Below, piece after piece: positions 63,549 to 64,000 of a stretch of 64,000 nt of DNA. Position numbers and translations under genes: made by a program. The notes under the pieces were generated by a model, which searched no databases, was not told where the DNA came from, and saw nothing but the letters and a program-made list of their open reading frames with translations. The stretch is from an uncultured Gemmatimonadales bacterium. GTDB taxonomy: Bacteria; Gemmatimonadota; Gemmatimonadetes; Gemmatimonadales; GWC2-71-9. Where the stretch lies: contig CAWGED010000007.1 of NCBI GenBank assembly GCA_963821525.1, positions 1 to 64,000 of the forward strand, given 5' to 3'. Numbering within the stretch: the stretch's first letter is position 1; every line of letters begins with the position of its first letter.

Positions 63549-64000
63549 TCAGTTTCCTAGTCGTTCCAACTGCCTGTCGTGAATCCTCGACAGCAACACC
63601 AGCGACAAACACGCCCCGATCATCGCCAGCATCATGTCCCACTGGGTATCCCAGGGATCGCCCTGGGTGCCGAGGAAGGCGTCGGCAGCGGTGCCGGTGG
63701 CGGCGGCGGTCCACCACTCGATCAACTCGTAGAAGCTGGAAAGCGCCATACAGAAGCAGATCACCAGGAAGGTGAGCCACTTCCCGGGCCGGAGCGGAGA
63801 GGTACGGAGCAGGATCTCCCGGGCGACAATCGCGGGAATGAAGCCCTGCGCCAGATGTCCCAGCCGATCGTAATTGTTCCGCGTCCAACCCATCAGATCC
63901 CGCATCCAATAACCCGCTGGTACCTCGGCGTAGGTGTAGTGCCCTCCGACCGCCAGGATGCAGGCGTGAATCGCGAGCAGCGTATAGGCCAGGGGAGTGA
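63549..64000 (-). CDS. DUF2238 (YjdF-like) membrane protein, 5'-truncated by window edge
   Basis: GGHYTYAEVP, RNNYDRLGH, YELIEW, FLGTQGDPWDTQWDM. Confidence 0.9.
   Translation of the reverse strand, partial: TPLAYTLLAIHACILAVGGHYTYAEVPAGYWMRDLMGWTRNNYDRLGHLAQGFIPAIVAREILLRTSPLRPGKWLTFLVICFCMALSSFYELIEWWTAAATGTAADAFLGTQGDPWDTQWDMMLAMIGACLSLVLLSRIHDRQLERLGN

Overview
GC-rich bacterial chromosomal segment. Gene content and protein style suggest Gemmatimonadota (inference only). Many genes carry single-base frameshifts, most simply explained as long-read assembly indels, so several gene boundaries are reconstructed across frames. The window is mostly housekeeping: a 9-gene arginine operon (argG-orfX-argC-argD-argF'-argB-argE-argH-argR), transporters (APC, EamA, CPA2, MFS, Pit, MntH, Fluc, MlaEFD), malate synthase, Gln-dependent NadE, MutY, tRNA-Asn(GTT), and an N6-adenine DNA methyltransferase + SNF2-helicase pair. 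Three things stand out. (1) About 15 intergenic arrays of degenerate 7-bp (once 8-bp) tandem repeats, often paired as inverted arms of fixed polarity. One pair brackets an AT-richer, antisense four-helix-bundle (IVS-protein/Avd-like) gene at 55949-56316; other pairs are empty, suggesting a mobile or excisable cassette system and its scars. (2) A tRNA-Asn gene preceded by a sigma70 promoter, an Asn-rich leader peptide and a terminator/antiterminator, i.e. an apparent ribosome-mediated attenuator controlling a tRNA through its own amino acid. A second leader of the same architecture precedes a GAF-sigma54 activator. (3) The arg operon lacks argA/argJ but contains a DUF1611-like gene and a transcarbamylase with the succinyl-type specificity residue, suggesting an uncharacterised first step in a succinylated arginine pathway.
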